Origin: an uncultured delta proteobacterium
Lineage (GTDB): Bacteria > Myxococcota_A > UBA9160 > SZUA-336
Reading direction: 5' to 3'
Length of the DNA: 64,000 bases
NCBI GenBank assembly: GCA_963704165.1
Contig: CAVPHD010000001.1
Location: 384,001 to 448,000, forward strand
Position numbers and translations under genes: made by a program. The notes beneath the pieces are model-generated. The model saw nothing but the letters and a program-made list of their open reading frames with translations, made no database searches and was not told the origin of the DNA. Position 1 is the stretch's first letter. Each line of letters starts with the position of its first letter. Shown here piece by piece: positions 10,928 through 21,002 of the stretch.

Positions 10928-13900
10928 ATGGCTCGCTTCTTCATCGATCGCCCGATCGTCGCGATCGTGATCGCAATCCTGACCGTGATCGGTGGGCTCG
11001 CGATGATCCCGCGGCTTCCGATCTCGCAGTACCCCGAGATCGTCCCGCCCGTGATCCAGATCAAGACCACCTACACGGGCGCGGACGCGCTCACGGTGGA
11101 GCAGTCCGTTGCCACGCCGATCGAACAACAGATCAACGGCGTGCAGGGCATGATCTACATGAAGTCGACCAACGGCAGCGACGGCACGCTGACGCTGCAG
11201 GTCAGCTTCGACGTCGGAACCGACGTGAACCTCGATCAGGTCTTCACGCAGAACCGCCTCTCGCAGGCGACCTCGCGGCTGCCGGGGTCGGTCGTCGACT
11301 TCGGAACGACCGTGCAACAGACCGTCGGCGTGCCGCTGCTCGTCGTGCCGATCTACTCGCCGAACGGAAGCTACGACGCGAGCTTCCTCGGCAACTACGC
11401 CACGATCAACCTCGTCGATCAGCTTTCCCGCGTCCCCGGTGTAGGCCAGGTCACCCTCTTCGGCGCAGCCGACTACGCGATGCGCATCTGGGTGCGCCCG
11501 GACACGCTCGCAAAGCTCGAGCTCACCGTGACCGACGTGATCAACGCGATCAAGGCGCAGAACGTCGTGAATCCGGCCGGTCAGATCGGAGCGGAGCCCG
11601 CGCCGGCCGGTCAGGAGTTCACCTACACCGTGACGGCGCAGGGGCGGCTCGTCGAAGCCGAGCAGTTCGGCGAGGTGATCATTCGCGCCAACCCGGACGG
11701 GTCGTACGTGCGCGTGCGCGACGTCGCCCGGATCGAGCTCGGCGCACAGACCTACATGCAGCTCGGCCGATTCCAGGGCAAGCCGGCCGCCGTGCTCGCC
11801 ATCTACCAGTCGCCCGGATCGAACGCTCTGGTGACCGCTGGCGAGCTGAAGTCGCAGCTCGAAGACCTCGCCGGGCGATTCCCCGCCGACATCCGCTACG
11901 ACATCGCGCTCGACACGACGTTGCCGATCAGCGAGGGGATCGACGAGATCGTGACGACGCTCTTCGAGGCGATCGTGCTCGTGATCGCCGTGGTCTTTCT
12001 GTTCCTGCAGGGATGGCGCGCGACGCTGATCCCGCTGATCGCGGTGCCGGTCTCGCTGACCGGCGCCTTCATCTTCTTCCCGATGCTCGGGTTCTCGATC
12101 AACACGCTCTCGCTCCTCGGTCTGGTCCTCGCGGTCGGTATCGTCGTCGACGACGCGATCGTCGTCGTCGAGGCGGTCGAAGTCGGGATCGCGAACGGGT
12201 TGTCACCGCGGGACGCCACGATCAAGGCGATGGAAGAGGTCTCGTCTCCGGTGATCGGGACCTCGCTGATCCTCTGCGCCGTGTTCATCCCGGCCGGGTT
12301 CATCGTCGGAATCACCGGAAGCCTCTACCAGCAGTTCGCGATCACGATCGCGATCTCGGTGCTCATCTCGACCTTCAACGCGCTCTCGCTCTCACCGGCC
12401 CTGTGCGTGCTGTTGCTTCGGCCCAAGCAGCCCGGTACCGGAGTCGTGGAGCGGATCTTCTCGTCGTTCAACGTCGTTCTCGAGCGCGCGACCCAGGGCT
12501 ACCTGAGTCTGGCGTCGGCGGCGGTGCGCCGAACCGCGCGCAGCGCGATCCTGCTCGTCGGAATCACCGTGATCGGTCTGGGCATCGGTCGCTCGCTTCC
12601 GGCTTCGTTCGTGCCCGCCGAGGACCAGGGCTACTTCTTCCTGCAGCTTCAGCTCCCGGACGCGGCGTCGCTGCAGCGCACCGACGTGATCGCGCGTGAC
12701 GTCGAGCGCGTGCTCTCCGAGACCGACGGCGTGCAGAGCTACACTTCGATCGTCGGCTACAGCCTGCTCTCGAACATCTCGCAGAGCTACGCGGGCTTCT
12801 ACTTCGTGCAGCTCACCCCGTGGAAGGATCGCGGGGATCGCACCGCGGACGCGCTGATTCGCGAGCTCAACGGGAGGCTTCGCAGCGTGCCCGGCGCGCA
12901 GGTCTTCGCGTTCGCGCCGCCGGCGATTCCCGGCGTCGGAAATGCGGGCGGATTCGACGTGATGCTTCAGGATCGCGGCGGGAACGACATCGAGTACCTC
13001 ACAGCGGCCACGAAGCGATTCATCGAGGCCGCGAGCCAGCGCCCGGAGCTGGCCGGTGTCGTCACGGTGTTCCGGCCCGACGTCCCCCAGCTCTTCGCCG
13101 ACGTGAACTCCGAGAAGGTCTACAAGCTCGGCATCGACGAACGGGACCTGTACGAGACGCTGCAGGCGCTTCTCGGTTCGGCCTACGTGAATCAGTTCAA
13201 CCGATTCGGCCGGATCTGGAAGGTCTTCCTGCAGGCCGAGCCCGAGTTTCGCGTGAACCCCGAGGACATCGGCGGCTTCCACGTGCGCAACCGCGACCAG
13301 CAGATGGTTCCGCTCTCGACGCTGATGACCACGAGCTCCTCCTTCGGACCCGCGTTCACCAACCGCTACAACCTGTATCGCGCGGTCGAGGTGATCGGGA
13401 GCCCCGCGCCGGGTTTCAGCTCGGGGCAGGCGATGGCGGCGGTCGAAGCGGTCGCGGCCGAAGTCCTTCCCGCCGACATGAGCTACGAGTGGACGAACAT
13501 GTCGTATCAAGAGGCAAACGCCGGCGGCGCCGTGGCCACGTTCGCGCTCTCGCTGGTTTTCGTCTTCCTGATTCTCGCCGCTCTCTACGAGAGCTGGTCG
13601 CTTCCGTGGAGCGTCTTGCTCACTACGCCCGTCGCCGTCTTCGGCGCGTTCTCCGGCATCTGGATGCGCGGCCTCGACAACGACGTCTTCGCGCAGATCG
13701 GCCTGGTCATGCTGATCGGACTGGTGGCGAAGAACGCGATCCTGATCGTCGAGTTCGCGGTGCTCGAGCAGAAGAGCGGGAAGAACGCGGTGGATGCGGC
13801 GCTCACTGCCACGAGGAGCCGCTTCCGGCCGATCCTGATGACGAGCTTCTCGTTCGTTCTCGGCTGCGTCCCGCTCTGGGTCGCGTCGGGCTCGGGCGCG

Positions 13901-14032
13901 ATCGCACGGCAGAGCATCGGCACGACGGTGATCACCGGCATGCTCACGGCGACGTTGGTGGCGACGTTCCTCGTGCCGATGCTCTACGTGGCGGTCGAGC
14001 GGATCGCGAACCGGGGCGCGACGAAGTCATGA
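10928..14032 (+). CDS. HAE1 RND efflux permease (AcrB-like)
   Basis: Starts MARFFIDRPI; GIVVDDAIVVVE, KNAILIVEFA and RFRPILMT motifs; 1034 aa. Confidence 0.97.
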   Translation: MARFFIDRPIVAIVIAILTVIGGLAMIPRLPISQYPEIVPPVIQIKTTYTGADALTVEQSVATPIEQQINGVQGMIYMKSTNGSDGTLTLQVSFDVGTDVNLDQVFTQNRLSQATSRLPGSVVDFGTTVQQTVGVPLLVVPIYSPNGSYDASFLGNYATINLVDQLSRVPGVGQVTLFGAADYAMRIWVRPDTLAKLELTVTDVINAIKAQNVVNPAGQIGAEPAPAGQEFTYTVTAQGRLVEAEQFGEVIIRANPDGSYVRVRDVARIELGAQTYMQLGRFQGKPAAVLAIYQSPGSNALVTAGELKSQLEDLAGRFPADIRYDIALDTTLPISEGIDEIVTTLFEAIVLVIAVVFLFLQGWRATLIPLIAVPVSLTGAFIFFPMLGFSINTLSLLGLVLAVGIVVDDAIVVVEAVEVGIANGLSPRDATIKAMEEVSSPVIGTSLILCAVFIPAGFIVGITGSLYQQFAITIAISVLISTFNALSLSPALCVLLLRPKQPGTGVVERIFSSFNVVLERATQGYLSLASAAVRRTARSAILLVGITVIGLGIGRSLPASFVPAEDQGYFFLQLQLPDAASLQRTDVIARDVERVLSETDGVQSYTSIVGYSLLSNISQSYAGFYFVQLTPWKDRGDRTADALIRELNGRLRSVPGAQVFAFAPPAIPGVGNAGGFDVMLQDRGGNDIEYLTAATKRFIEAASQRPELAGVVTVFRPDVPQLFADVNSEKVYKLGIDERDLYETLQALLGSAYVNQFNRFGRIWKVFLQAEPEFRVNPEDIGGFHVRNRDQQMVPLSTLMTTSSSFGPAFTNRYNLYRAVEVIGSPAPGFSSGQAMAAVEAVAAEVLPADMSYEWTNMSYQEANAGGAVATFALSLVFVFLILAALYESWSLPWSVLLTTPVAVFGAFSGIWMRGLDNDVFAQIGLVMLIGLVAKNAILIVEFAVLEQKSGKNAVDAALTATRSRFRPILMTSFSFVLGCVPLWVASGSGAIARQSIGTTVITGMLTATLVATFLVPMLYVAVERIANRGATKS

Positions 14033-15444
14033 GTCGCTCGCTCGCAGCGCTTGCGTCGCTTCTGATCGCGGGCTGCGCGATCGGGCCCGATTACCAGCGG
14101 CCCGAGGTCGCCGAGCCGTCGACCTACCGGGACCGGACGACGCCGGCCGAGTCGGCCTCGCTCGCGGATCTACCGTGGTGGGAGGTCTTCGAGGACGAGG
14201 CGCTGCGCGCGCTGATCGGCGAGGCGCTGGAGAAGAACTACGAGCTGCGCGTCGCCGCTGCGCGGGTCGAGGCGGCGCGCGCGCGCGCCGGGATCGCGCG
14301 CTCGGAGTTCTTTCCGCAGCTCGGCGCGGAGTTCGACGCCACACGCGGCACGAACAGCGTGCTCGGCGCGCCCGCGCCCGGCGCGCCACGCGACGACGCA
14401 TTCCTGCTCGCGGCCGGAATGGCCTGGGAGATCGACGTCTGGGGCCGGATCCGGCGCTCGAACGAGGCAGCGCGCGCAGCACTCCTCGCGACCGAGGCGC
14501 TGCGTCGCGGTGTCGTTCTCTCCCTGACCAGCGACGTCGCGACGAGCTACTTCGAGCTGATCGGGCTCGACCTTGAGCTCGCGATCGCGCGCAGCAACGT
14601 CGATGCCTTCGCGAAGATGCGTGACCTCTTCGAGCGCAAGTTCACGGGCGGCGTCGATTCGAAGCTCGGCATGCTCCGCGCGGAGGCGTCGCTCGCGAGC
14701 TCGGCTTCCGCGATTCCCGAGCTCGAGCGCCGGGTGATCGAGGTCGAGAATCGGCTCTCGATGTTGCTCGGCCGCGAACCGGGTCCGATCGCGCGAGGGC
14801 GGACGCTGCTCGAGCAGAGCGCGCCCCCGCGGATTCCGGCCGGCGTTCCCGCGCAACTTCTTGCCCGCCGTCCGGACATTCTCGAGGCGGAGCAGATCGT
14901 CGTCGCCGCCAACGCGCTCGTCGGCGTGTCGATCTCCGAGTTCCTGCCGCGAATCGGACTCACCGGACTGGTCGGTGGTGCCTCGACCGACCTCAGCGAC
15001 GTCCTGCAGAAAAGAAATGCGCTCTGGTCGATCGCGGGCGTGGCGACCACGCCGATCTTCCGTGGCGGTGCGATCTACTACGGCTGGCGGGAGGCGAAGG
15101 CACGGTGGGAGCAGGCGGCCCTCGCCTACGAGGCGACCGTGCTCGAGGCGCTGCGCGAGGTCTCGGACGCGCTCACCACGCGCGAGAAGCTCGAGGCGAT
15201 TCGCGCGGACCAGGCACGCGCCGTCGAGGCGCTGCAGGAGTCGGTGCGCATCTCAGCGATTCGCTACACCGACGGCCGCGCCAGCTACTTCGAAGTCCTG
15301 GACGCGCAGCAGGATCTCTTCCCGGCCGAGACCGTGCTGGCGCAGACCGAGCGCAACCGACGCATCGCGATCGTGCGGATCTACCGCGCGCTCGGCGGCG
15401 GTTGGTCGCAGTACACCGCGACTCCGCCACCTCCCGCACCGTAG
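14029..15444 (+). CDS. Outer membrane factor lipoprotein (NodT/OprM family)
   Basis: ATGA overlap with the permease; IAGC lipobox, GPDYQRP, WEIDVWG, RRPDI and YRALGGGW. Confidence 0.95.
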   Translation: MSRSLAALASLLIAGCAIGPDYQRPEVAEPSTYRDRTTPAESASLADLPWWEVFEDEALRALIGEALEKNYELRVAAARVEAARARAGIARSEFFPQLGAEFDATRGTNSVLGAPAPGAPRDDAFLLAAGMAWEIDVWGRIRRSNEAARAALLATEALRRGVVLSLTSDVATSYFELIGLDLELAIARSNVDAFAKMRDLFERKFTGGVDSKLGMLRAEASLASSASAIPELERRVIEVENRLSMLLGREPGPIARGRTLLEQSAPPRIPAGVPAQLLARRPDILEAEQIVVAANALVGVSISEFLPRIGLTGLVGGASTDLSDVLQKRNALWSIAGVATTPIFRGGAIYYGWREAKARWEQAALAYEATVLEALREVSDALTTREKLEAIRADQARAVEALQESVRISAIRYTDGRASYFEVLDAQQDLFPAETVLAQTERNRRIAIVRIYRALGGGWSQYTATPPPPAP

Positions 15445-15456
15445 GAGGATCGGCTC

Positions 15457-16356
15457 TTGCCCAAGACGATCCCGAAGAGCGCGCGCCAGTTCTCGCGACC
15501 CTATCGCGTCACGAGCGGCCGGAGCTTCCGGCTGAAGGATGTCGATCCGGCCGACACCGCCCATCTCGAAACCGACGAGAACGCGAAGGCGTACCTCGCG
15601 GCCGGCGTGCAGATGCTCACCGATCTTCAGGAGCGCCTCTGGGCGGCGGATCGCTGGGGCGTGCTGATGATCTTCCAGGCCATGGACGCCGCGGGCAAGG
15701 ACAGCACGATCAAGCACGTCATGTCCGGCGTGAATCCGCAGGGCGTGCACGTGAACTCATTCAAGGCCCCGTCGGGCGAAGAGCTCGATCACGACTTCCT
15801 GTGGCGAACGACGAAGTGTCTGCCCGAGCGCGGGCGCATCGGGATCTTCAACCGCTCGTACTACGAGGACGTGCTCGTCGTGCGCGTGCACCCGGAACTG
15901 CTCGAGAATCGAAAGCTTCCCGACGCGCTCGTCACGAAGGACATCTGGAAGCAGCGCTTCGAGGACATCCGGGCCTTCGAGCGGTACCTCGCGCGAAACG
16001 GCTATCTCGTGCTCAAGTTCTTTCTGCACATCTCGCGCGAGGAGCAGCGGCGGCGATTCCTGTCGCGCCTGGACGAGCCGGCCAAGAACTGGAAATTCTC
16101 CGCCGGGGACGTCGAGGAACGGCGACACTGGAACGACTACATGGCGGCCTATGAAGACATGATCCAGCACACGTCCGCGAGGCACGCGCCCTGGTACGTC
16201 GTGCCCGCGGATCACAAGTGGTTCGCGCGCCTGGTCGTCGCCTCGGCCTTGATCGACGGGCTGGAATCGCTCGACCTCGAGCTTCCGTCGGTCGACGCGA
16301 CGAAGCGCCGCGAGCTCAGCGCCGCGAGAATCGCGCTCGAGCGGGAGAAGCGCTGA
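15457..16356 (+). CDS. ppk2: Polyphosphate kinase 2 family (class III-like)
   Basis: QAMDAAGKD Walker A; FNRSYYEDV, KNWKFS and PWYVVPADHKW motifs. Confidence 0.93.
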   Translation: MPKTIPKSARQFSRPYRVTSGRSFRLKDVDPADTAHLETDENAKAYLAAGVQMLTDLQERLWAADRWGVLMIFQAMDAAGKDSTIKHVMSGVNPQGVHVNSFKAPSGEELDHDFLWRTTKCLPERGRIGIFNRSYYEDVLVVRVHPELLENRKLPDALVTKDIWKQRFEDIRAFERYLARNGYLVLKFFLHISREEQRRRFLSRLDEPAKNWKFSAGDVEERRHWNDYMAAYEDMIQHTSARHAPWYVVPADHKWFARLVVASALIDGLESLDLELPSVDATKRRELSAARIALEREKR

Positions 16357-17661
16357 GTGGCGACGCGGGGTCTCTGGTCGAACGATCGGAGTCTTTCGAT
16401 CCTGGCGGTCGTGATCGTCTTCACGATCTTCGTGATCGGACCGATCACGCCGGCCAAGGGACCGGGTGTCGTCGTGCTCGCCGCCGGGTACCTCGCTCTC
16501 TTGATCTCGGGAATCCTGTCGGTCGCGCGCAATCGCCGCACCGGCATCGCGGTTTCCGCGCTCGCGCTCGTGAGCGCGGTGACGTACATCGCCGCGCTCT
16601 GGGTGCCCGGCGGGTCGATGAGTCTCTACCGCGCGGTTTCGGCGAGCCTGTTCTGCCTCCTGCTCTCCAGCGTGATCTTCGACCGGATCTTTCGCGCGGG
16701 CAGCGTCACGATCCATCGGATCTCGGGCGCGGTGTCCGCGTATCTTTTGATCGGCCTGGTCTTCGCGTACGTCTACGACGCGATCGAGCTGATCGACCCC
16801 AGCTCGTTCTTCCACGCCCATCCGGGCGTCGATGACGGTCATCGGAACAACCCCATGGTCTACTTCAGCTTCACGACGCTCACGACGCTCGGCTACGGTG
16901 ACGTCACGCCCATCCACCCGCTGGCTCGCTCGCTCGCGAACCTCGAAGCGGTCGTGGGGCAGCTCTTTCCCGCGATCCTGATCGCGAGGCTCGTGGCGCT
17001 CGAGGTCTCGGAGCGGATTTCGGGGCCGACGGCAGAAATGAAGATCCCGCACGCGCAATGGCGACCGCATCCGTGGCACGGACTCGAGGTCGGCGAGGAT
17101 CCGCCGTCGCTCGTCTGCGCATACATCGAGATCACACCGTTCGATCTGGTGAAGTACGAGGTCGACAAGCAGACCGGCTACCTGCGCGTCGATCGCCCGC
17201 AGCGGACATCCGCGTCGCCGCCGACGCTGTACGGATTCATCCCGCGCACGTACTGCGGGTCGCGCGTCGCTTCGCTCTCTCCGGGCTCGAAGCGTGGAGA
17301 CGGCGACCCGCTCGACATCTGCGTCTTGAGCGAGCGGCCGATCGCGAAGTCCGAGGTGATCCTTTCGGCGCGCGTGGTCGGGGGATTTCGCATGGTCGAC
17401 GCGGGGGACGCCGACGACAAGATCATCGGCGTGCTGCGCAGTGATTCGATCTGGGGTGAGGCGACCAAGCTCGCCGATCTCCCGCACGCTCTGGTCGAAC
17501 GACTGCGTCACTACTTCCTGACCTACAAGCTCGTACCCGGTGAGCCCGCGCGAGTTTCGATCGACGAGGTCTACGACGCGGATCACGCGCACCGTGTCGT
17601 CGAAGCCGCGATCGAGGATTACGTCACCGGGTTCGGCTCGTCTGTGAGAGAATCGGGCTGA
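16357..17661 (+). CDS. K+ channel (Ion_trans_2) in frame with a family I inorganic pyrophosphatase (PPase starts at ATG 17038); fusion or two genes
   Basis: [14 protein letters not shown] selectivity filter, then HPWHG, KYE, YGFIPRT, GDGDPLD and DADDKII. Confidence 0.85.
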   Translation: MATRGLWSNDRSLSILAVVIVFTIFVIGPITPAKGPGVVVLAAGYLALLISGILSVARNRRTGIAVSALALVSAVTYIAALWVPGGSMSLYRAVSASLFCLLLSSVIFDRIFRAGSVTIHRISGAVSAYLLIGLVFAYVYDAIELIDPSSFFHAHPGVDDGHRNNPMVYFSFTTLTTLGYGDVTPIHPLARSLANLEAVVGQLFPAILIARLVALEVSERISGPTAEMKIPHAQWRPHPWHGLEVGEDPPSLVCAYIEITPFDLVKYEVDKQTGYLRVDRPQRTSASPPTLYGFIPRTYCGSRVASLSPGSKRGDGDPLDICVLSERPIAKSEVILSARVVGGFRMVDAGDADDKIIGVLRSDSIWGEATKLADLPHALVERLRHYFLTYKLVPGEPARVSIDEVYDADHAHRVVEAAIEDYVTGFGSSVRESG

Positions 17662-17685
17662 CGAGCACCACACGGGAGTCTTCCC

Positions 17686-18078
17686 ATGAGCATGGTTTCG
17701 GAATTCCAGGCCTTCATCCGGCGCGGCAACGTGATGGATCTGGCCGTCGGCGTGATCATCGGCGGGGCCTTCGGGAAGATCGTCTCTTCGGTCGTGGGCG
17801 ATCTCTTGATGCCCGTGATCGGAGTCGTGCTCGGCGGCGTCGACTTCACCGGCCTCTCGCTGATGATCGCGGGAACCGACGACGCCCCCGTTCTACTCAA
17901 GTACGGCGCGTTCGTTCAGGCCGTCATCGACTTCGTGATCATCGCGTTCTGCGTCTTCCTGCTGGTGAAGGGCGTGAACGCGATTCAGGCACCCCCCGCG
18001 AAGGCGGCACCGGCCGCGCCGCCCGCGGACGTCGTGCTCCTCACGGAGATCCGCGACCTGCTCCGGGCGCGCGGCTAG
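17686..18078 (+). CDS. mscL: Large-conductance mechanosensitive channel
   Basis: [21 protein letters not shown] and LLTEIRDLL. Confidence 0.97.
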   Translation: MSMVSEFQAFIRRGNVMDLAVGVIIGGAFGKIVSSVVGDLLMPVIGVVLGGVDFTGLSLMIAGTDDAPVLLKYGAFVQAVIDFVIIAFCVFLLVKGVNAIQAPPAKAAPAAPPADVVLLTEIRDLLRARG

Positions 18079-20265
18079 CTTCGCTCTTCGCCGCGCCCTG
18101 CTCTTCCGCGCGCAGCTTCGCCTGCTCGCGAAGCAGGTAGGCCTGGATCGACGCGACCTCCGATTCGCCGAGGACGTCGGCGAAGCTCGCCATGCCGAGA
18201 CTCGCGAGCGTGCCGCCTCGGACGATCGCGTCGAAGGCCGCGTGGGAATCCGCCGACAGCCGGAACAGATCGGGATAGGAAGAGAGCTGCGACTCGCCGC
18301 GCCCACCGTGACAACGCGCGCAGTGCCGGAAGAACGGTCTCTCGCCGCGACCGGCCAGCGTGACTTCGTCGTCCGATGAGTTCCCTCGGCTCGGGCGTCG
18401 TTCCGATCTCGCGTGGCGCCGGCAGGGGCGTGCGCCGGGCCGCCGAGCTTGAATGCGAGGATCCTTCCGTAGTTCTGGTAGGTCTGCGCTGCGCTCTCGC
18501 GTGGATGGATCATCGCCATCGCGCCACCGAGCCCGGCGATCAACGCGACGTACTGCTCACCGTCGATCTCGTAGCTGACCGGTGCGGCCATGATCGCCGT
18601 TCCGACTTCGATCTCGGCGAGCCGCGTCCCCGTGTCCGCGCGGTACAGAACGAGTCGTCCCGACGACGTTCCCTGTACGACCAACCCACCCGCGGTCGCG
18701 AGCACGCCTCCTCCCGCGTACTCCTCGTTTCCGACCGCGACTCGAAATCGCTCGCGTTGCGCGACGGGATCCCAGGCGATCAGGAACTCGCGCGTCGCGA
18801 TCGGCGGCAGATCCGGGCGCGAGCGCAGGAGTGCGTCGAGCTTCGCGCGCTGGGACTCCGCCATTCGGTCGACGGCGGCGCCGAAGACCGTGAACGACCC
18901 CGTGTTGATCTCGCCCGGCGCGAAGCGATGAAACGGGTCGTTGACCATCAACATGCCCTGCTCACGCGCGGGGATGTACACGAGCCCGGTCGCCGGACTG
19001 AATGCCATCGGCTGCCAGTTGTGCGCCCCCGCCTGGCTGGGAAAGACGATCGCCGCGTCGTTTCGGTAGGAAGCGCTCGGGTTCGCGAGTGGCCGCCCGC
19101 TCGCGTCGATCCCGCTCGCCCAGTTCACGAACACGAATGGCTTTGCGGAGACGAACTCGCCGGTCTCGCGATCGAGCACGTAGAAGAAGCCGTTCTTCGG
19201 CGCCTGCATGATCACCTTGCGCGCGCGTCCGTCGATCTCGAGATCGGCGAGGATCATGTTCTGCGTCGCGGTGTAGTCCCAGATCTCGCCCGGAGTCGTC
19301 TGGTAGTGCCAGACCAGGCGCCCGTCGTCGGGATCGAGCGCGAGGATCGAGGCGAGATACAGATTGTCGCCGCCCGACGGGCTGCGGAACCAGATCGGAT
19401 ACGGCGAGCTGTTGCCGGTGCCGACGTAGAGCAGGTCGAGCTCGGGGTCGTAGTTCATCTCGCCCCAGACGGTTCCGCCGAGCCCGGCTTTCCAGATCGA
19501 GTTCGGATCCCAGGTGTCGAGCGCGGTGGCGATCTCGGGATGCTCGGGCGGTCCGCGCGCCGGATCACCGGGCACGGTGAAGAAACGCCAGACCTGCTCG
19601 CCGTCGTCGAGGTCGTAGGCGGTGACGTACCCGCGCACGCCGAAGTCGGCTCCGCTGTTTCCGATCACGACGACGTTCTTCGCGACCTGCGGTGGCCCGG
19701 TGATCGTGTAGGAACGCGAGTCCCGATCGACGAGCGTGTCGACCTTCCAGATCTCCCCACCCGTCCGCGCATCGAGCGCGACCAGGAAGCCGTCGAGCGT
19801 GCCGACGTAGACCCGTCCGCGCCAGACCGCGACGCCGCGGTTCACGACGTCGCAGCACGCGCGGCGGGCGTAGCTGCCGTCGACGTCGGGGTCGTAGCGC
19901 CAGCGCTCCGCGCCGGTCTTCGCGTCGACCGCGAAGACGGATCCCCACGGTCCCGAGGCGTAGAGCACACCGTCGACGACGATCGGCGTCGCCTCCTGGC
20001 CGTGCTCGACGCGCCCGCGGCGCGAGCGCGCCTCGTACTCCCAGGCGAAGCCGAGCTTCCGCGCGTTCTCGGTGTCGAGCTGCGTGAGCCGCGAGAAACG
20101 ATCGGCGCGGAAGTTCCCGCCGAGCGCGAGCCACTGTCCGGGCTCGTTCGCAGCATTGCGCAGCCGTTCGAGATCGACGCGGCCTTCGCTCGGCGTCGGG
20201 TCGGAGCAGGCGGCGAGCGAGAGCGACAGGACGAGCGCGAAGCGAGCCCGACCCCGGGCTTTCAC
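18041..20265 (-). CDS. PQQ-dependent quinohemoprotein alcohol dehydrogenase (PQQ domain plus C-terminal cytochrome c), frameshifted near 18300-18430; true stop may be 18075
   Basis: Lipobox [30 protein letters not shown] and GAHNWQPM motifs; CARCH heme motif near 18310. Confidence 0.9.
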
Positions 20266-20999
20266 GCCTTCCTTCGCGCGACCAGGATCGGGCTCGTCGA
20301 CCAGCGGGCCGTGACTTCCGACGCGCTCGCGAGCCGGTCGGCCCACCGATACAGCGCACCCGGAAGCTCCACCTTGGGCAGGCGGAACGCACCGACCGGG
20401 AAGACGTGGACGATCTCGAGTCCGACCTCGGCCACGAGCGCGCGGCACTGCTCGATCGAGAGCACGTTGAAGGCGTCGTACCCGCGAAATCCCGCATACG
20501 CGCGAGCCACTCGCATGTACGGCGCGTCGATGTTCTGGTGGTTGTTGAAGATGAAGGCTCCGCCGGGCGCGAGGAGCGGCACGAGCGCGCGCACGACCGC
20601 TCGGCGCAGCGCGGGCTCTGCGTTCACGAAGAAGCGGAAGGCCGTGATCAGGTCGAAGCTCTCCCGCTCGAACGGGCTCTCCTCGAGCAGGTTCACCTTG
20701 TGCAAGGTGGTGCGCTGGAGCTTGCGTCGAGCCTCGCCGAGCATCGCCTCGGAAACATCGACGCCCGTGCACGACGCGACGCGTGTTTCGAGGAAGCTGG
20801 AGATCCGGCCCGTTCCGCACGCGAAGTCGAGCGCGCGCACGTCGCTTCGCTGGCCGAAGAACATATCGAGCGCCTGACCGAGGACTTCCTGCTCGCGCGA
20901 CCACAGGTATCGTGCCCACGGATCGGAGCCGTAGTACTCGTCGTACTGTCGGCCCTTCCCGGAGGCCTTGTGGGAATCAACGTAGCTCGAATCACTCAT
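20262..20999 (-). CDS. Class I SAM-dependent methyltransferase
   Basis: ALDFACGTGR, GVDVSEAML and FDLITAFRFF motifs. Confidence 0.9.
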   Translation of the reverse strand: MSDSSYVDSHKASGKGRQYDEYYGSDPWARYLWSREQEVLGQALDMFFGQRSDVRALDFACGTGRISSFLETRVASCTGVDVSEAMLGEARRKLQRTTLHKVNLLEESPFERESFDLITAFRFFVNAEPALRRAVVRALVPLLAPGGAFIFNNHQNIDAPYMRVARAYAGFRGYDAFNVLSIEQCRALVAEVGLEIVHVFPVGAFRLPKVELPGALYRWADRLASASEVTARWSTSPILVARRKA

Positions 21000-21002
21000 C
21001 GC

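Noticed and set aside
19230..19300. Lanthanide-dependent PQQ dehydrogenase
   Set aside because: The motif is WDYT, not D-x-D, so the extra lanthanide-binding Asp is absent.
18376..20877. Long antisense or alternative-frame ORFs (e.g. 18376-20877 +, 32844-35183 +, 54179-56626 -, 29943-32207 -)
   Set aside because: These are shadow ORFs of real genes caused by stop-codon scarcity at high GC. They are Arg/Ala-rich and have no motifs.
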